Shown piece after piece: positions 13,019-26,013 of a DNA stretch of 64,000 nucleotides. The stretch spans positions 62,001 through 126,000 of the forward strand of contig JAVKOQ020000089.1 in assembly GCA_031835245.2 (NCBI GenBank), given 5' to 3'. The number at the start of each line of letters is the position of its first letter. The first letter of the stretch is position 1. The translations under genes and the position numbers were made by a program. Under the pieces are notes generated by a model that was not told the origin of the DNA, did no database searches, and saw only the letters and a list, made by a program, of their open reading frames with translations. The DNA comes from Balamuthia mandrillaris. Taxonomy: Eukaryota.

Positions 13019-13608
13019 TTTGGGGCAACTCTTTTTTTTAAAAACAAAAAAATAAAACTACAACTACAACAAAAAATAAACTAAGGAAAAAAAAAAGAGG
13101 GATTTGTTCGGCCGCTACTTGAATCGAACCTCCGTGCTATTTTTTTTCTTTCCCTTTTCTTCCGGGTCCTCCTTCCTCCTTCCTCCTTTCTTTTTATTCT
13201 TTTCTTTGTTGGGTGAAACCCCTTTTTTTTTTTTCTTTTCCTTTTTATTATTTTTCTTTTTCCCACTGAACCCTCGCTTTGCTCCCTTTTCATTTTTTTC
13301 TTCCGTTTGTCAGCAGCGGGTTTCCTCAAAGCTTTGCGTAAGGAAAAGGGAGAACCTCAGAGCTCCCGAATATTTGTCCAGTGGGCTACTGAGGGTGGAA
13401 AGATAGGAGTAGGTGGACGGAAATGGAATCCTCCCTTTGCAAACCCTGGGTAAGGTATCATTAGCCGTTAAGCCTCGGGAAATGGAAAGAAACTCAACAG
13501 CCAATGGCCGAAGAGGAAGGCAATTGAATGACGAAATTTCAGAGTGAATGTCTTATTCGAGTCGACACGATCAGAAGTAGATACAAAGAAAAGAAGGAAA
13601 AAGAAAGC

Positions 13609-15288
13609 TCAGAACCAGAAGGGGTTGCCTTCTGGGGGAGGAGCGCTGTTGAACGAAGAAGGCTCGCGCCGCGGTGCACGCTCTTGCGGATATGGGTCTA
13701 TGGCAGAGGAATGAGATGGTGGAGAAGAAGAAGAGCCATCGGACCGGAACGAAGAAGAACCATCGCAGTCGATGGCATCGGCTGTTAGACGCCCCAGGTC
13801 CGTTGAAAACGAGGGAGGCGAAGCGAATCTATTGATAGAATCAGAAGGAGAAGAAGAGGGACAAGGAGATGAATATTCTTCCATGGCAGAAAGCGAAGTC
13901 AGCGGAGCGACCGCGAAGACGGAGCCATCATGAAAACGAACGTCCTTTGGCAAGGGCACCAAGGACCGAGGAGCTACCCGCCACGGCTTTGTGCCCAGTG
14001 ATTGTTTGCTCTGCTCGATGGCCACGCTCTTTTGCACCGGGAGAGCGCTCTTTACTTGGACGGAGAAGCAGAGAGGTCCTCCTCCTTCCTCAACATCAAA
14101 GTAGGCCGTTGCCGTGGTGTGGCACATCAGCCAAGTGCCATCCTTTGTTGCGATGGTACACGTGTCGCGCAAGGTAATCTGGCAGTCACGCATGTTGCCC
14201 CATTCGCCCATCAGCTTGTCGTACATCAGCTCCATGTCTTCAAGCAGTTCTTCGGGTGCAAGACAGCGGGAACTCCGGCCCAACAGCTCTCGCTGTTTGT
14301 TGTGGTCAGGTAAGGAAAAAAAAAAAAGGACGAGAACATAGTGGGAGAGAAGGACAGAGGAGCAAGCGAGAAAGAATAGTGACCACTGGAAAAGAGAACC
14401 AGAGGTGAGGAGTAGGTACAATACCTGTGAATAACCGGAAAGCTTCAAAAAGGCGGAGTTCAGGGCCACAACGTTCCCTCCGTTGGAATCGAAAGCAAAG
14501 GGCCGTAGCAAGGCCCACGGCTCCTCCAACTGGTTGTCCACGAAACATTCCAAGAGGTGTGCTTTGGAGAAATACGGCATCGAAGAGTAACTTGGCCTTC
14601 TTGTGTTGGCGGCCATCGGAGGTAGCCACAGGTTGATGATGTTGTTGGAGGAAGGGAATGCAGAAAAGGAAGAGGAGGAGGAAGAAGAAAATATATCAAA
14701 AGGGAGTGCTGAATCCTCTGGCTCTCCTGCATGATTATCATGGCAAGGACAAGCCGTGGAGATATGTGGGTGTGTTATCTGTTGTGGAGCTTCGGCAAGA
14801 GCAGATGCGTTATTGATGTTGCTGAAAGGAGGTAAGAGCGCTCGTTTCAAGCCACATGCCATGCAAAAGGCCGCGTCTGGTAAAGCAAACTCTACTCCAC
14901 ACCTGTAACAATACTGAGCAAGCAGTGATGGCTCCTCCTCCATTTGTGCTGAAGGCAAGGAATAAGAAGACGCAGCATAGGTAGTGAAAGGGTATTGGCC
15001 CTCCTCCTCTCCAACTACGGGTAATGCAGACATGGATATACGACGAGAAGAAGAAGGAGAATAAAGAAGAGAAGTGCTCATTGTTGGATTCGATACCACA
15101 GAAGACGGAAGGTTTCTGCCGTGTTTGCGGGGTCGACCTCGTTTCCGGGTGGAGGGAAGAGGGTCACAGCATAGATGAATGCGGTCGAGGTGGCGGCAGC
15201 GTCCGCAGGGCCTTCCTTTGTCGCATGCTTGGTGAGCATCCCTGCATGGCGCACACGCTTTGGCGTTACCAGTCTCGTTCTGGTCCAT
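13609..15288 (-). CDS. Zn2Cys6 / AT-hook / Zn-ribbon / PAS transcription factor, copy 1
   Basis: ACAPCRDAHQACDKGRPCGRCRHLDRIHLC; RKRGRPRK; CYRC-x11-CMAC; PAS NSAFLKLSGYSQ|RELLG; intron 14293-14424. Confidence 0.85.
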   Translation of the reverse strand: MDQNETGNAKACAPCRDAHQACDKGRPCGRCRHLDRIHLCCDPLPSTRKRGRPRKHGRNLPSSVVSNPTMSTSLLYSPSSSRRISMSALPVVGEEEGQYPFTTYAASSYSLPSAQMEEEPSLLAQYCYRCGVEFALPDAAFCMACGLKRALLPPFSNINNASALAEAPQQITHPHISTACPCHDNHAGEPEDSALPFDIFSSSSSSSFSAFPSSNNIINLWLPPMAANTRRPSYSSMPYFSKAHLLECFVDNQLEEPWALLRPFAFDSNGGNVVALNSAFLKLSGYSQVLYLLLTSGSLFQWSLFFLACSSVLLSHYVLVLFFFSLPDHNKQRELLGRSSRCLAPEELLEDMELMYDKLMGEWGNMRDCQITLRDTCTIATKDGTWLMCHTTATAYFDVEEGGGPLCFSVQVKSALPVQKSVAIEQSKQSLGTKPWRVAPRSLVPLPKDVRFHDGSVFAVAPLTSLSAMEEYSSPCPSSSPSDSINRFASPPSFSTDLGRLTADAIDCDGSSSFRSDGSSSSPPSHSSAIDPYPQERAPRREPSSFNSAPPPEGNPFWF

Positions 15289-15645
15289 GGGGATAAAAAT
15301 CTCCCTCTCCTGTAGCACACGTCTACGTTGATTTGCTTTGTTGTGCTTTGGTAACGTTTTTGATTTGTTGTTTTTCGTTTTTCTCAGTGTTCTCACCTTT
15401 TTCCCATCACTGGTCTCCTGTGCCGGGTGTTTATGACCAACAGGAGAACAATGCCGGTTGGATGGAAGAGAGGGTGAGTTCCTGGAAAAAATTGGGAACG
15501 GGACATTTTAATGCTCCGATAGGTGTTAAAAAGCTGTCCATTAATGGTGCTTATTAAGTCATATATACCAGCATTAAACACCAATAGAAGGGCACTAAAC
15601 ATGAACGTACCCGATTGGCGTAAACTAACACGCAATCCAAGAGGG

Positions 15646-17485
15646 TTAGTTGAAAGAAGAGTTGCCGCAGGGAAGGTTGCTACCGCTGACGAAGGAAGAA
15701 GAGGGCTCGCAACGTGATACGCAATCTTGCGAATAACGCTCCCCAGAAGCAGAGGCATGCGGTGTACCTGACAAGCAGGACGAAGAAAACGGTCCACCAT
15801 CAACTTCATCAGCTGTGAGTAAGTCCACATGCGTGGTTGTGGAGTTGTGACAATCAGAAGGAAACAGCGTTGAAAACAAGGTCGGCGAAGCAGCTCGATG
15901 ATGGGCAAAATAAGAAGATGAAAGATCGATAGAAGGAAGAGGGAAGTCCTCAACCGTTGTGGAAAGCAAAGTCAATGGCGCATGTGAGAAGACGGAGCCT
16001 TCATGGAAACGAACATCGCTTGGCAGGACCACCAGGGATCGAGGAAGCACCCGCCACGACTCGGTATTCATCCGTATTCGCTGCTCAATGGTCACGCTCT
16101 TTTGCACCGAGAGAGCGCTCCTCACTTGGACGGAGAAGCAGAGAGGTCCTCCTCCCTCCTCAACACCAAAGTAGGCCGTTGCCGTGGTGTGGCACATCAG
16201 CCAGGTGCCATCCTTTGTTGCGATGGTGCACGTGTCTTGGGATATGACCTGGCAGTTGCGCATGTTGTTGCCCAGTTCAAGCATCATCTTGTCGTATGTC
16301 TGCTCTATGTCCTCAAGCAGTTCTTCGGGGATAAGAAAGCGAGAGCTTCGGCCTAACAGTTCCTTCTTTTATTAGGAAGAGAGAAGAGTGAGGAGCGAAC
16401 AAAGGAAGAAGTAAAATGAAAAGCATAGTAGCAGAGTGAATCAGATGAAAACAAGCCGAGAGAAGCAAAGAACGAAATAGTGAGAAAAGTGAGGAGCAGG
16501 AATAACGTGCCTGAGAATAACCGGACAGATTCAAAAAGGCCGAGTTGAGAGCGATGATACTGCCTCCGTTGGAATCCAAAGCGAAGGGTCTGATTAAGGC
16601 CCACGGTTCTAACAGTTGGTTATCAATATAACATTCCAAGAGATGCGCTTTAGAGAGATGCATTCTGGAAGCGCTACAGGAAGAAGAAGGTGAAGAGAAA
16701 GACGAATGAGCGGGCTTTCTTGTGTTGGCAGCCATCGGAGGAAGCCACAACTTTATGATTACATTACTATTTTTGTCGCTGTTGGAAGAAGAAGCAGAAG
16801 AAGCGGGACCGAACATATCGAAAAGAAGTGACGACCAGTCCAAACCGACATCCTCCGACTCTTCTCCATTGTTGTCACGTCTTGGTTTCGTTGTTGTCAT
16901 TGTTGTTTCGTTGGTACCACGCTGCTTTCGTGCTCTCTTTTGTGGAAGACGTTCACCAACAGAAGGAGAGTCGTTGATAGAGTTATACGGCAGAAAGAGG
17001 CCTCGTTTCAGGCCGCACGCCATGCAAAATGCAGCCTCTGGATACACAAACTCCACCCCGCAGCGATGACAGTACTGAGCAAGCAGTGGCGGCGGTGTTT
17101 CTCCCTCCCTTGTGAGCTCAGAAGGCATCAGAGAGGAAGCAGAAGCAGAAGCAGAAGGAGAAGAAGAAGGGGAAGGAGAAGAAAAAGAAGTAGCAGATGA
17201 AGCAAGAAAGGAATGTTTTACAAGGTTAGAAGAAGAGCAAGACGAAGAAGAAAGAGGAGGGGGGAAGGAGTTCGAGTAGGGACGTTGAGGAAGGGTAGAA
17301 ACGTTCGAGTGTTGCAGAGACGAAAAAGTGTTATTGCGTGTGGATGGTCGGCCTCTTCTGCGCGTTGGAGGGTCACGACAGAGGTGCGTTCGATCGAGGT
17401 GACGACAGCGTCCGCAGGGTCTTCCTTTATCGCACGCCTGGTGGGCCTCCCTACACGGAGCACACGCTTTGCCACTCTCGTTCAT
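15646..17485 (-). CDS. Zn2Cys6 / AT-hook / Zn-ribbon / PAS transcription factor, copy 2 (GC-AG intron)
   Basis: Same motifs as copy 1; donor CAG|GCACGT at 16510; exon 2 ELLGRSSRFLIPEE. Confidence 0.85.
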
Positions 17486-17792
17486 CTTTCCTTTGGTCAC
17501 CCTCTCGTTTTGGGCGGTGAATGTTTTTTTTTGTTTTTGCTTTCGTGTACTCACGCAAACCAACCCGTTTTTGCACTCACGCACTACTTTTCCGAGAAGA
17601 ATATGCGCCAGGAAGGGTTGCTGAAACGCAGCCTCGGTGGACCAGGAACAGGCCAGTCGTGAGGTGGTAACCGCTGCTACCACCTCTCCCTACCTCTTGC
17701 GCCATTCCCCGTCACGGCCCCTTGCGGTGCTTTGTACTCATGTCGACACACGACGTGCTGGTGTTTTTTTTTTTGGGGTTTTTGTTTTCGCT

Positions 17793-19581
17793 TCAAAAGT
17801 CGAAAAGAGTAGCGGAAGCGGTAGCAGCGGCGGCGGCAGGGAAGGAGTTGGTGGCGAAACAAGGGGAGAAGGGGGAAGAGGGCTCGCAGGGCGATGCAGG
17901 GTCTTGTGAATGCCGCTCCAGCGCGGAAGAAGGAGCGGGCCTGGAGGAAGAAGAACTGCTGCCATCGATGCCAGCACCGCCGCGAGGGGAAGGAAAAGAA
18001 AAAGAAGAATGCAACTCGATAGAAGGAAGATCAGGGAGCGCCTCATCTTCCATAGAAAGCGAGGTCACAGGCGCGGATGAGAAGATGGAGCCTTCGTGGA
18101 AGCAAGCATCCTCAGGCAAGGCCAGGGTAGATTGCGGGGCTATCCTCCACGAGTTGTAACTCTTCTTTTTGCTCCATTCGATGGCAGTGTTTCTTTTCGC
18201 TGGAACGGCGCTGGTCACTTGGACGGAGATGCAAACCGGCAGCCCGTCGCTGCCGAGGTAGAACACGCTTTGCGCCGTGGACATCAACCAGTTACCGTTC
18301 CTTGCGGCAATGGTACAGGGTTTATCATGCCACGCAATCTGGCAGTTGCTCAGGCCGCGCAGTTGAGCCAGAGTCTTTGTGTACGACAGCTCTGTGTCTT
18401 CATATAGTTCTTCGGGGATGAGACAGTGCATACTACGCCCTAGGAGTTCAGACTGTTTGGCGAAAGCGAGAAGCAAAGATAAAGGAAATAAGAGAAGACG
18501 GACGAAGAGAGAACATAAAGCAGAGAGAGAGAGAGAGAGAGAGAGAGAGTGCCTGTGAATAACCATATAGCTTCGAGAAGGCCAAATTAACGGCAATGAT
18601 GCTGTTCCCGGAAGCCTCAAGCGCAAAGGGCCGGACCAAAACCCAAGGTCCTTTCATACGGCTGTCCACAAAACATGCCATCACATGTGCTGTGGGGATA
18701 TGTGGTATCAAAGCCTTTCTGGGGTTGGTTATAATCGGAGGAAGCCATAGCGTGATGACTCCTCTATTGCTGGAGGAAGACGACGGAGAAGAAGCAGAGG
18801 CAGAAGAAGAGGCGGAGGTAGCATAAGAAGAAGAAAAGAGATCCAAAGGAGGTGTCATCAGTTCTGGATCAGTGGACGAAGGCGAGGAAGAATAAAAGCC
18901 TGAGGAAAAAGGAGGAGAACTTGTGTTCTGTTGTGCCGCTGGCGAGTAATCGTCCACTGCGTTAGTGTTTCTTGTCGTCACCTCTTGCCTTCCGGAAAAG
19001 TCGTTGTGAGTTAGAAAGTGGCCTCGTTTCAAGCCGCATGCCATGCAGAAAGCGGCATCCGCATGCACAAACTCCACTCCACACCGATAACAGTATTGAG
19101 CAAGTAGTGCTGGCGGCCCTCCTCCTTCTTCTTCCTCTTCCTCCTCCTCGTCGTCAAAAAAAAAAGTCGAAGAAGAGACTAGGTTCTGTATGGCCTCCTC
19201 TTCAAACAATGGCAAAGAGGACGGTGAACTGCTTTGAGCTGAGGAAGCCAAAGAAGGATGAGGACGAGGGACTGCAGCAGGGAGAAGAGCTGGATACGGC
19301 TGCAACCGAGAAGCAAGGCGAGAGCGTTGAGCCTTAGGAGTATTTAGCACAGACTTTGCGGGGTCCATGCTGTTTTGTTTGTCGTTTTTGTTTTTGATGG
19401 GCCGTCCTCGTTTACGAAACGGTGGGTCACGGCAGAGGTGAGTGCGTTTGAGGTGGCGGCAGCGCCCGCAGGGCCGTCCTTTGTCGCACGCCTGATGGGC
19501 CTCCCTGCACGGCGCACACGCCTTGGCGTTACCTTCTGGCCTACCACTCTCCCTCGTACGCTCCTTCTCACGTTGGTCCAT
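17793..19581 (-). CDS. Zn2Cys6 / AT-hook / Zn-ribbon / PAS transcription factor, copy 3 (GC-AG intron)
   Basis: Same motifs; donor CAG|GCACTC at 18552; exon 2 SELLGRSMHCLIPEE. Confidence 0.85.
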
Positions 19582-19872
19582 TGCGTAGTTTTTCCTGCTG
19601 TCACTATCGTCCTTGGGAGCTCAGCTGAACACGCAAGGCTGTTCTGAGAAGAACACAAAAAAACGACTGCCACGACGAGTTGGTCGTGCATGCATCCTCT
19701 GCCTTCATTCTTCCAGGAACATCGCACATTATTCTCACCAATAGGGGAAATGTCTTGATACTAAAAAAAATGTCCGATGAGGCAGGGGGATGGACTTCCT
19801 GTCCAGACCCAGGTCCCCAGCAGGAAACACGAGCCGTAAGTGTTTTACAAATGTTATATTCAATGTGGACAG

Positions 19873-19928
<56 letters not shown>

Positions 19929-19933
19929 CAAGT

Positions 19934-22100
19934 TCAATCGAAAGCATCCGCAAAAGAGTTGCTATAACAAGGAGGGTGAGTGCCGTTAAAGGGAGAAGAG
20001 GGCTCACAAAGCGATGCGCACTCTTGTGAAAACCGTTCTTGTTCTTGGGAGGAAGAAGATAATGAGGAAGAAGAAGATGAAGGAGCATCTAACCAATCAA
20101 TAGTAGGGGTAGCAAGCAAGTCCAAAAATGGTGTGGTGGTATGAGAAGAAGCACATGATGAAGGAGAATTGGACGACGTTTCCGTGGTTGAAAGTAAAGG
20201 TGAAAAGAGTAGATTGGAAGAACTGGAAGAAGAATAGGGTTTGATAGAAGTAGAAGAATGCAAAGAAGAGGAAGATGAAGGAACAGGAAACTCGGTTACT
20301 GTTGACAGTGACGTGACTGGAGCCGAGGAGAAGAAGGAGCCCTCATGGAAGCGAACGTCCTTGGGCAAGGCCAGCGTTGACTGAGGCGCTACTCTCAACG
20401 AATCGATGCCGGCTTGTTTACTCCACTCGATGGCCACGCTCTTCTGTACCGGGATGGCGCTCTTCATCTGGACGGAGATGCAGATGGGTCCTCCGCCCTC
20501 GGCTCCAAAGTAGAAGGTGCCGACGGCCTGAGACATCAACCACCGGCCATCCTTGGCAGTGATTGTGCAGGTATCGTGAGACAGCACCTGGCAGTTGCGC
20601 ATGTTGCGGAACTCGGCCAGCATCTTGTCGTACATCATTTCAGTAATCTCGAAGAGTTCCTCGGGGATGAGACGGCGGAAGCTGCGCCCTAAAAGTTCTC
20701 TCTGTTGTGCATTTTTATTTCCCGTTAGAAAGAGAAGAAAAAAAGAAAAAGGATTTGAAGATAACAATTGGAACGCGATGTTGTTTCTTTTGAAAGGAAG
20801 TAACAGAAGAGGAGACAAAATGAGAAGAAAAATACCTGTGAGTAACCAAACATCTTTACAAAGGCAGAGTTAACAGCAACTATACTGCCTCCAGTAGAAT
20901 CGAAAGCAAAGGGCCGGATCAACGCCCACGGCTCTGTTAGCTGGTTGTCCACAAAACACTCCAAGAGGTGCGCTTTGGAGAAATAGGGTACCGCGGCATA
21001 ACCGGGCTTTCTGGTGTTGGCTGCCATCGGAGGAAGCCACAGTTTAATGATTCCGTTTTTAGTGTTGTTATTATTGTTGTTGGTGTTGCTGCTGCTACTA
21101 TTGGAGGAGGAAGAGAAAGAAGAAGGAAAGAGATCAAAGGGAAGAGCTAAGAGGTCCAAATCGGCGCAAGCAAAAGACAAAGGAGAGGAGGAACAGGACT
21201 CGAGGAAGAAAGAGAAGGAGAGCTTGTGTTCGGGTGCGACGTTGACGAATCCTCTGACTCTGTTCCAAGCATATTATAGACGTTACTGGAATAGTTGTTC
21301 TTGTTGTGGTTTTTTGTGAATGTTGTGGCCGTTCTTGTTACAGTCACTTGATGCTTTCTCTTCTTCGTTGGACTTTCACTTCCTGCCACATCATAAGAAG
21401 AAGCAGGTGTGCCGTTCTGGTGGTGGTTGTAGTTGCCTTCATCGTTGTTGCCAAAAGAAGGAAGAACGCTTCGTTTCAGGCCGCACGACATGCAGAAAGA
21501 GGCCTCTCGATGGAGAAACTCAACTCCGCAGCGATGACAGTAGAGAGCAAGCAGCGGAGCTTCTCGGCCTTCTGCTGCCTTCTCCCTCTCCATAACCACT
21601 GACGACGGGGAAAGAGAAGAGGCAAAATGTTGTGGAGGTTCAGAGAGTGGGATAGCGGAGGAGGAGGAGGGAGAGGAGGAGGAAAACGTTCCATTGGAAG
21701 CAGAAGAAATGGAGGAAGGGGGAAAGCGATATGGAGAGGAAGGAGGTTGAGAAGGAGGGAGAGGAGCGCGAAGAGGAGAATGAGCAGTGGAAGGAAGCAG
21801 ATTTGTTGGAAATGGGTACGGCTGAGAAACGCGAGAAAGAGTTGGTTGAAGATGATGATGTGTTGCCGCTAGCAAGGGAGTAGTGCTGTGGTGGAGGTGG
21901 TTGTCGTTCTTGTCTTTCGTGGGGCGCCCTCTTCGGCGCAAAGGGGGGCGAGGGTCACGGCAGAGGTGAGTGCGGTTGAGGTGGCGGCAGCGCCCGCAGG
22001 GCCTCCCTTTGTCGCACGCCTGGTGGGCCTCTCGACATGGCGCACACGCCTTGGGGCCGCTATCCTGCTGCTGGAACTTCTTCCTTTCACGGTCGGTCAT
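19934..22100 (-). CDS. Zn2Cys6 / AT-hook / Zn-ribbon / PAS transcription factor, copy 4; exon 1 broken across two frames near 21150-21310
   Basis: The zinc-cluster ORF (21147-22100) and the PAS-start ORF (20725-21180) are in different frames; donor at 20835; exon 2 RELLGRSFRRLIPEE. Confidence 0.7.
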
Positions 22101-22651
22101 CCCTTCTCCTCTCGCTCTCGTCGGAGAGGAAGAAGCGGCACAAAGAAAAAACGCACAAGCTTCAGGAAGGAAGGAACACGAACAAAAAATCTGTGATCCG
22201 TCGCTCCCTCCTGGTGAGGCTGCTTATTTTTTTTAAATTTTTTTTGATTATTTTCCTGGTTCTCGATTTTTTCTCTTGAACTATTGTTGATGCAGAGCGC
22301 AACCGTTGGAGAATGGAGGACAGAAGGGTTGCCACCGGGGAAGAAGACGGAATGCTGGCCACTATGCGGGTGTTGTGTTGGCAGCGAAAAGTACCGGGCT
22401 CCTGTCGGAAGGCTTTCCATTTGCCCGTTTCCCTGGCCACCGTCTAGATTGGCTCCTGTTGGAGAATTTTATAGAAATTTTAAGGAAAACAAACATCGGG
22501 AATATTTTGGGCCAATGGGTATATTTTTTTGCTTTGAAATAGGCCGACGACGTTCCAGGGTCTCGCCCTTGTTCTTTGGCTTAGGGTGACAAAAGTGGTG
22601 TGTTTTTTACATCAATAATCAAAAACTATGTTCAAAATATGTGCATGATGG

Positions 22652-24447
22652 TTACAGGTTGAAAGGGGCATAGGCAGGAGGTTGTTCGGCGTGATTGAAA
22701 TAAGAGGGCTCGCAAACCAATGGGCAACAATCTTGTTGAGAATACCGGTCAATCGAGGAAGCACAGGAGGAAGAAGCAGGGAAGGGTAGCGGTGCGTCCA
22801 ACCATGCACCACTTCCGTAATCAACGGTAGCAGAGGTAAGCAGGTCCAAAAATGATGTTGTTGAGTAAGTGGACAAAGGATCAAGCAAAGAGGAAGCAGA
22901 AGCTGGCGGAAAATTTTCTTCTGCCTCCTTCTCTGCCATCACTTTGGCAAGCGAGGTGACGGGAGCAGCTGGGAAGAAGGAGCCCTCATGAAAGCGAACA
23001 TCCCTAGGCAAGGCCACGGCCTTTCTGGGTGACACTCGCCGAGCGGAGGAGGGCTCCAAGCTATCGGCCTGTCTGCTCCACTCTATGGCGATGCTCTTGT
23101 GCACGGGAATGGCATTCTTCATCTTGATGGCGATGAAGAGGGGGTTCCCTCCCTCAGCCCCAAAGTAAAAGGTGGCCAGGGCATGGGACATCACCCAGGT
23201 GCCATCCTTGGCTGCAATGGTGCATGGGTCACGAGACGTCATCTGACAGTTGTGCATGTCCGCCCACTCGGTCCTCATCTTGCTGATCCTTAGCTCCGTC
23301 GCCTCGAGGAGCTCCTCCGGAATGAGAGAGCGGAAGTTGCGGCCCAGAAGCTCATGCTGTGTTTGTTGAAGGTAAGCACGAGAAAGGAGAGAGAGAGAGA
23401 GAGAGAAACGAGAGAAAATACCTGAGTATAGCCAGAAATCTTCAAAAAAGCGGAGTTTACAGCGACAACACTGCTCCCTTCAGAACCAAAGACAAAGGGC
23501 CTAATCAAGGCCCAAGGCTCCGTCAGCTGGTTGTCCACAAAACATTCCAACATGTGGGCTGGAGAGAGATGATGCGCTATCGACGTAGAACAGCCGGGCT
23601 TCTTTGTGTTGGTGGTTATCACTGGAGTAAGCCACAGCTTGATGATCCCATTTTTGTTGCTTAAAGGAGAGGAAGACGAAGGAGCGCATGGCAATGGAGC
23701 AAAAGAGGAAGAAGGACAACAACAACACGAAGAAGGCGAAGAAAACGAAGAAGAGAAGCTGTCCACAGGAAGGGCCAACGTGTCGAATTCCGAGCACGCT
23801 TGGGTGAGTGGAGAAGAGGACCCAGAGCTAGAAGCCGCGGTTGCTGAGTCCTCCGACTCTTCTCCATTTGAAGTTTGTCGACGTTGTTGTGTTATTGTGG
23901 CCTCGTTGCTTCGCCTTCTCTTCTTTGGAGGGCTTCCAACAGACGGAGGAGAGTGGTATTCCGTCGAATGGAGGCCTCGTCGCAAGCCACACTCCTTGCA
24001 AAAAGCGATCTCTGGTCGAACAAACTCCGCTCCGCAGCGATGACAGTATGGAGCAGCCGACAGAGGCTCCTCTTCTGGTGTGATGGCAGGAGAAGAGGGC
24101 GATGACGCGGGAGAAGAGGAAGGGATGGAAGAAGAAGGCGGCGGCGGGTGATGAATAGGGATAGTGCAAGTTACTACCTTTGGGCAGGCGCGGGGAGCAG
24201 GCGAAGAAACGCTCGAAAGTGGGGCTGGTGCTGGGGATGGCTGTAGCGGGCCACTCGCTGTTACTGCGCTGGCTTGCTTGGAGGGGCGACCCCGCTTGCG
24301 TAACGGGGGGCGAGGGTCACGGCAGAGGTGAGTGCGGTTGAGGTGGCGGCAGCGCCCGCAGGGCCTTCCTTTGTCGCACGCCTGGTGGGCCTCTCTGCAA
24401 GGCGCGCACGCCTTGGGAGGTTCCTGCTGCTTGTCCTTGTCGTTCAT
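22652..24447 (-). CDS. Zn2Cys6 / AT-hook / Zn-ribbon / PAS transcription factor, copy 5
   Basis: Same motifs; donor at 23421; exon 2 HELLGRNFRSLIPEE. Confidence 0.85.
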
Positions 24448-25109
24448 GGTGTGTGTGCAGCCACTACTTTCACAAAAAACTGAAAAAGAAAAAGAAAGAG
24501 GCCAAAGCAGTGCTTCTATTAACTGGGATGGTTTGGGTTTTTACGCAATGAGTTTTCAGCGGGCCAACAGACCGGAACAAACAGAAAAAGAAAACCAGTG
24601 CTGTTGTCGTAATGGGCAGGGAAGCATGTGCTGATTTGATCATTTTATGCCAGGAATTGGGGACATTTAGCCTAATTCGATGGGCTGGGGAATATCCCCC
24701 ATTGGTACATTCGGCCGAAATTCAACAAAATCGGAAGGGAAATATATTCAAACCAATGGGCGTATTTCCGGGATTAAAAAACTGTCCGAGTTGTAGCGGG
24801 AGTCGGGAAGCTTCGTAGTGTGGATAAAATAAAAGTTCATCTTCCCGCAGGGCTACCCTTCCCTAATTCGCCGTGGACGAGAGCGACGCTTTGGGGGGTC
24901 CTTCTGTTCCTTCTTCATTCCCGATGACCGGCAGTTGCTCTGTTTGAAGCTCTGCTCTTGGAGGCTAGGTTACGGCAAAGGATCGATCGCAGCTATTATC
25001 CTTTTGGGATGTATGTGTCTGGTACTCCACCTAATTGTTCAACGAGATCATCTTATGCTTGTGTCCTTTGTAGTTGTTGTGTTTTATCCCCGTTCTCTGT
25101 TGGTTATCG

Positions 25110-25978
25110 TTATCCAAACCATCTAAAAAGTACATAGGTAGGTAAGAGTAGGTTAGCATAGTTGAAATAGAAGGAGAAGTAACGGACGTACAACGGATAG
25201 GAGCTGCTGTGTTGAGAAACAGGTTCGCAGAGAGGTGCACTATCCCGTGAAAAAGGTTCCATTGAAACCGCAGACGACGAAAAAGACGGAGAAGTGAAAG
25301 ATGCCGGAGGAGGTGAAGGCGGAATAGGAGAAGAAAAAGAACAAGAAGAAGACGAAGAAGATGCGTGTGAATCCAACCGGGAAGAAGAATATCTACAGTC
25401 AACAGTTGGAGCAGAGAGCATGTCTAAAAGCGCATCCGTGGAGCAATCACTCGTGGAGATGATAGAGGGAGAAGGCGGTAGAGGCATCTGTTTCTCCTGA
25501 GTGGATGAATAGGGGATAGCCGAAGAACATGCAGGGCCGCCAGTAACATCCTCCACCGATGCTACCGGAGCTGTAGGAAAGAAAGAGCCTTCGTGGAAAC
25601 GAACATCCCTTGGCAAGGCCACAACGGAGCGAAGAGACATCTTCCACGTCACAGTCCTCTCTTGTCGCCCCCACTGAATGGCCAAGTTCCTTTGCACCGC
25701 ATTCGTGTTCTTCATTCGAAGAGCGATGAAGAGTAGGCCTCCATCAGGGCCAAAGTAGAAAGTGCTGTCTGTGTGGGACATCAACCAGGTACCGTCCCTT
25801 GCTATAATGGTGCACGTGTCTTGCACGCTGAGCTGGCAGTTGCGCAGTTCTGACCATTGGGTCATTCTCTTGCTGTATGCTCGCTGTAATGCTCCGATAG
25901 TTTCGTCCGGAATGAGAGAGCTGAAGCAGAGACCTAACAGATCTCTCTTTTTTGTTTTTGCAAACGAGTAAACAACAG

Positions 25979-26013
<35 letters not shown>

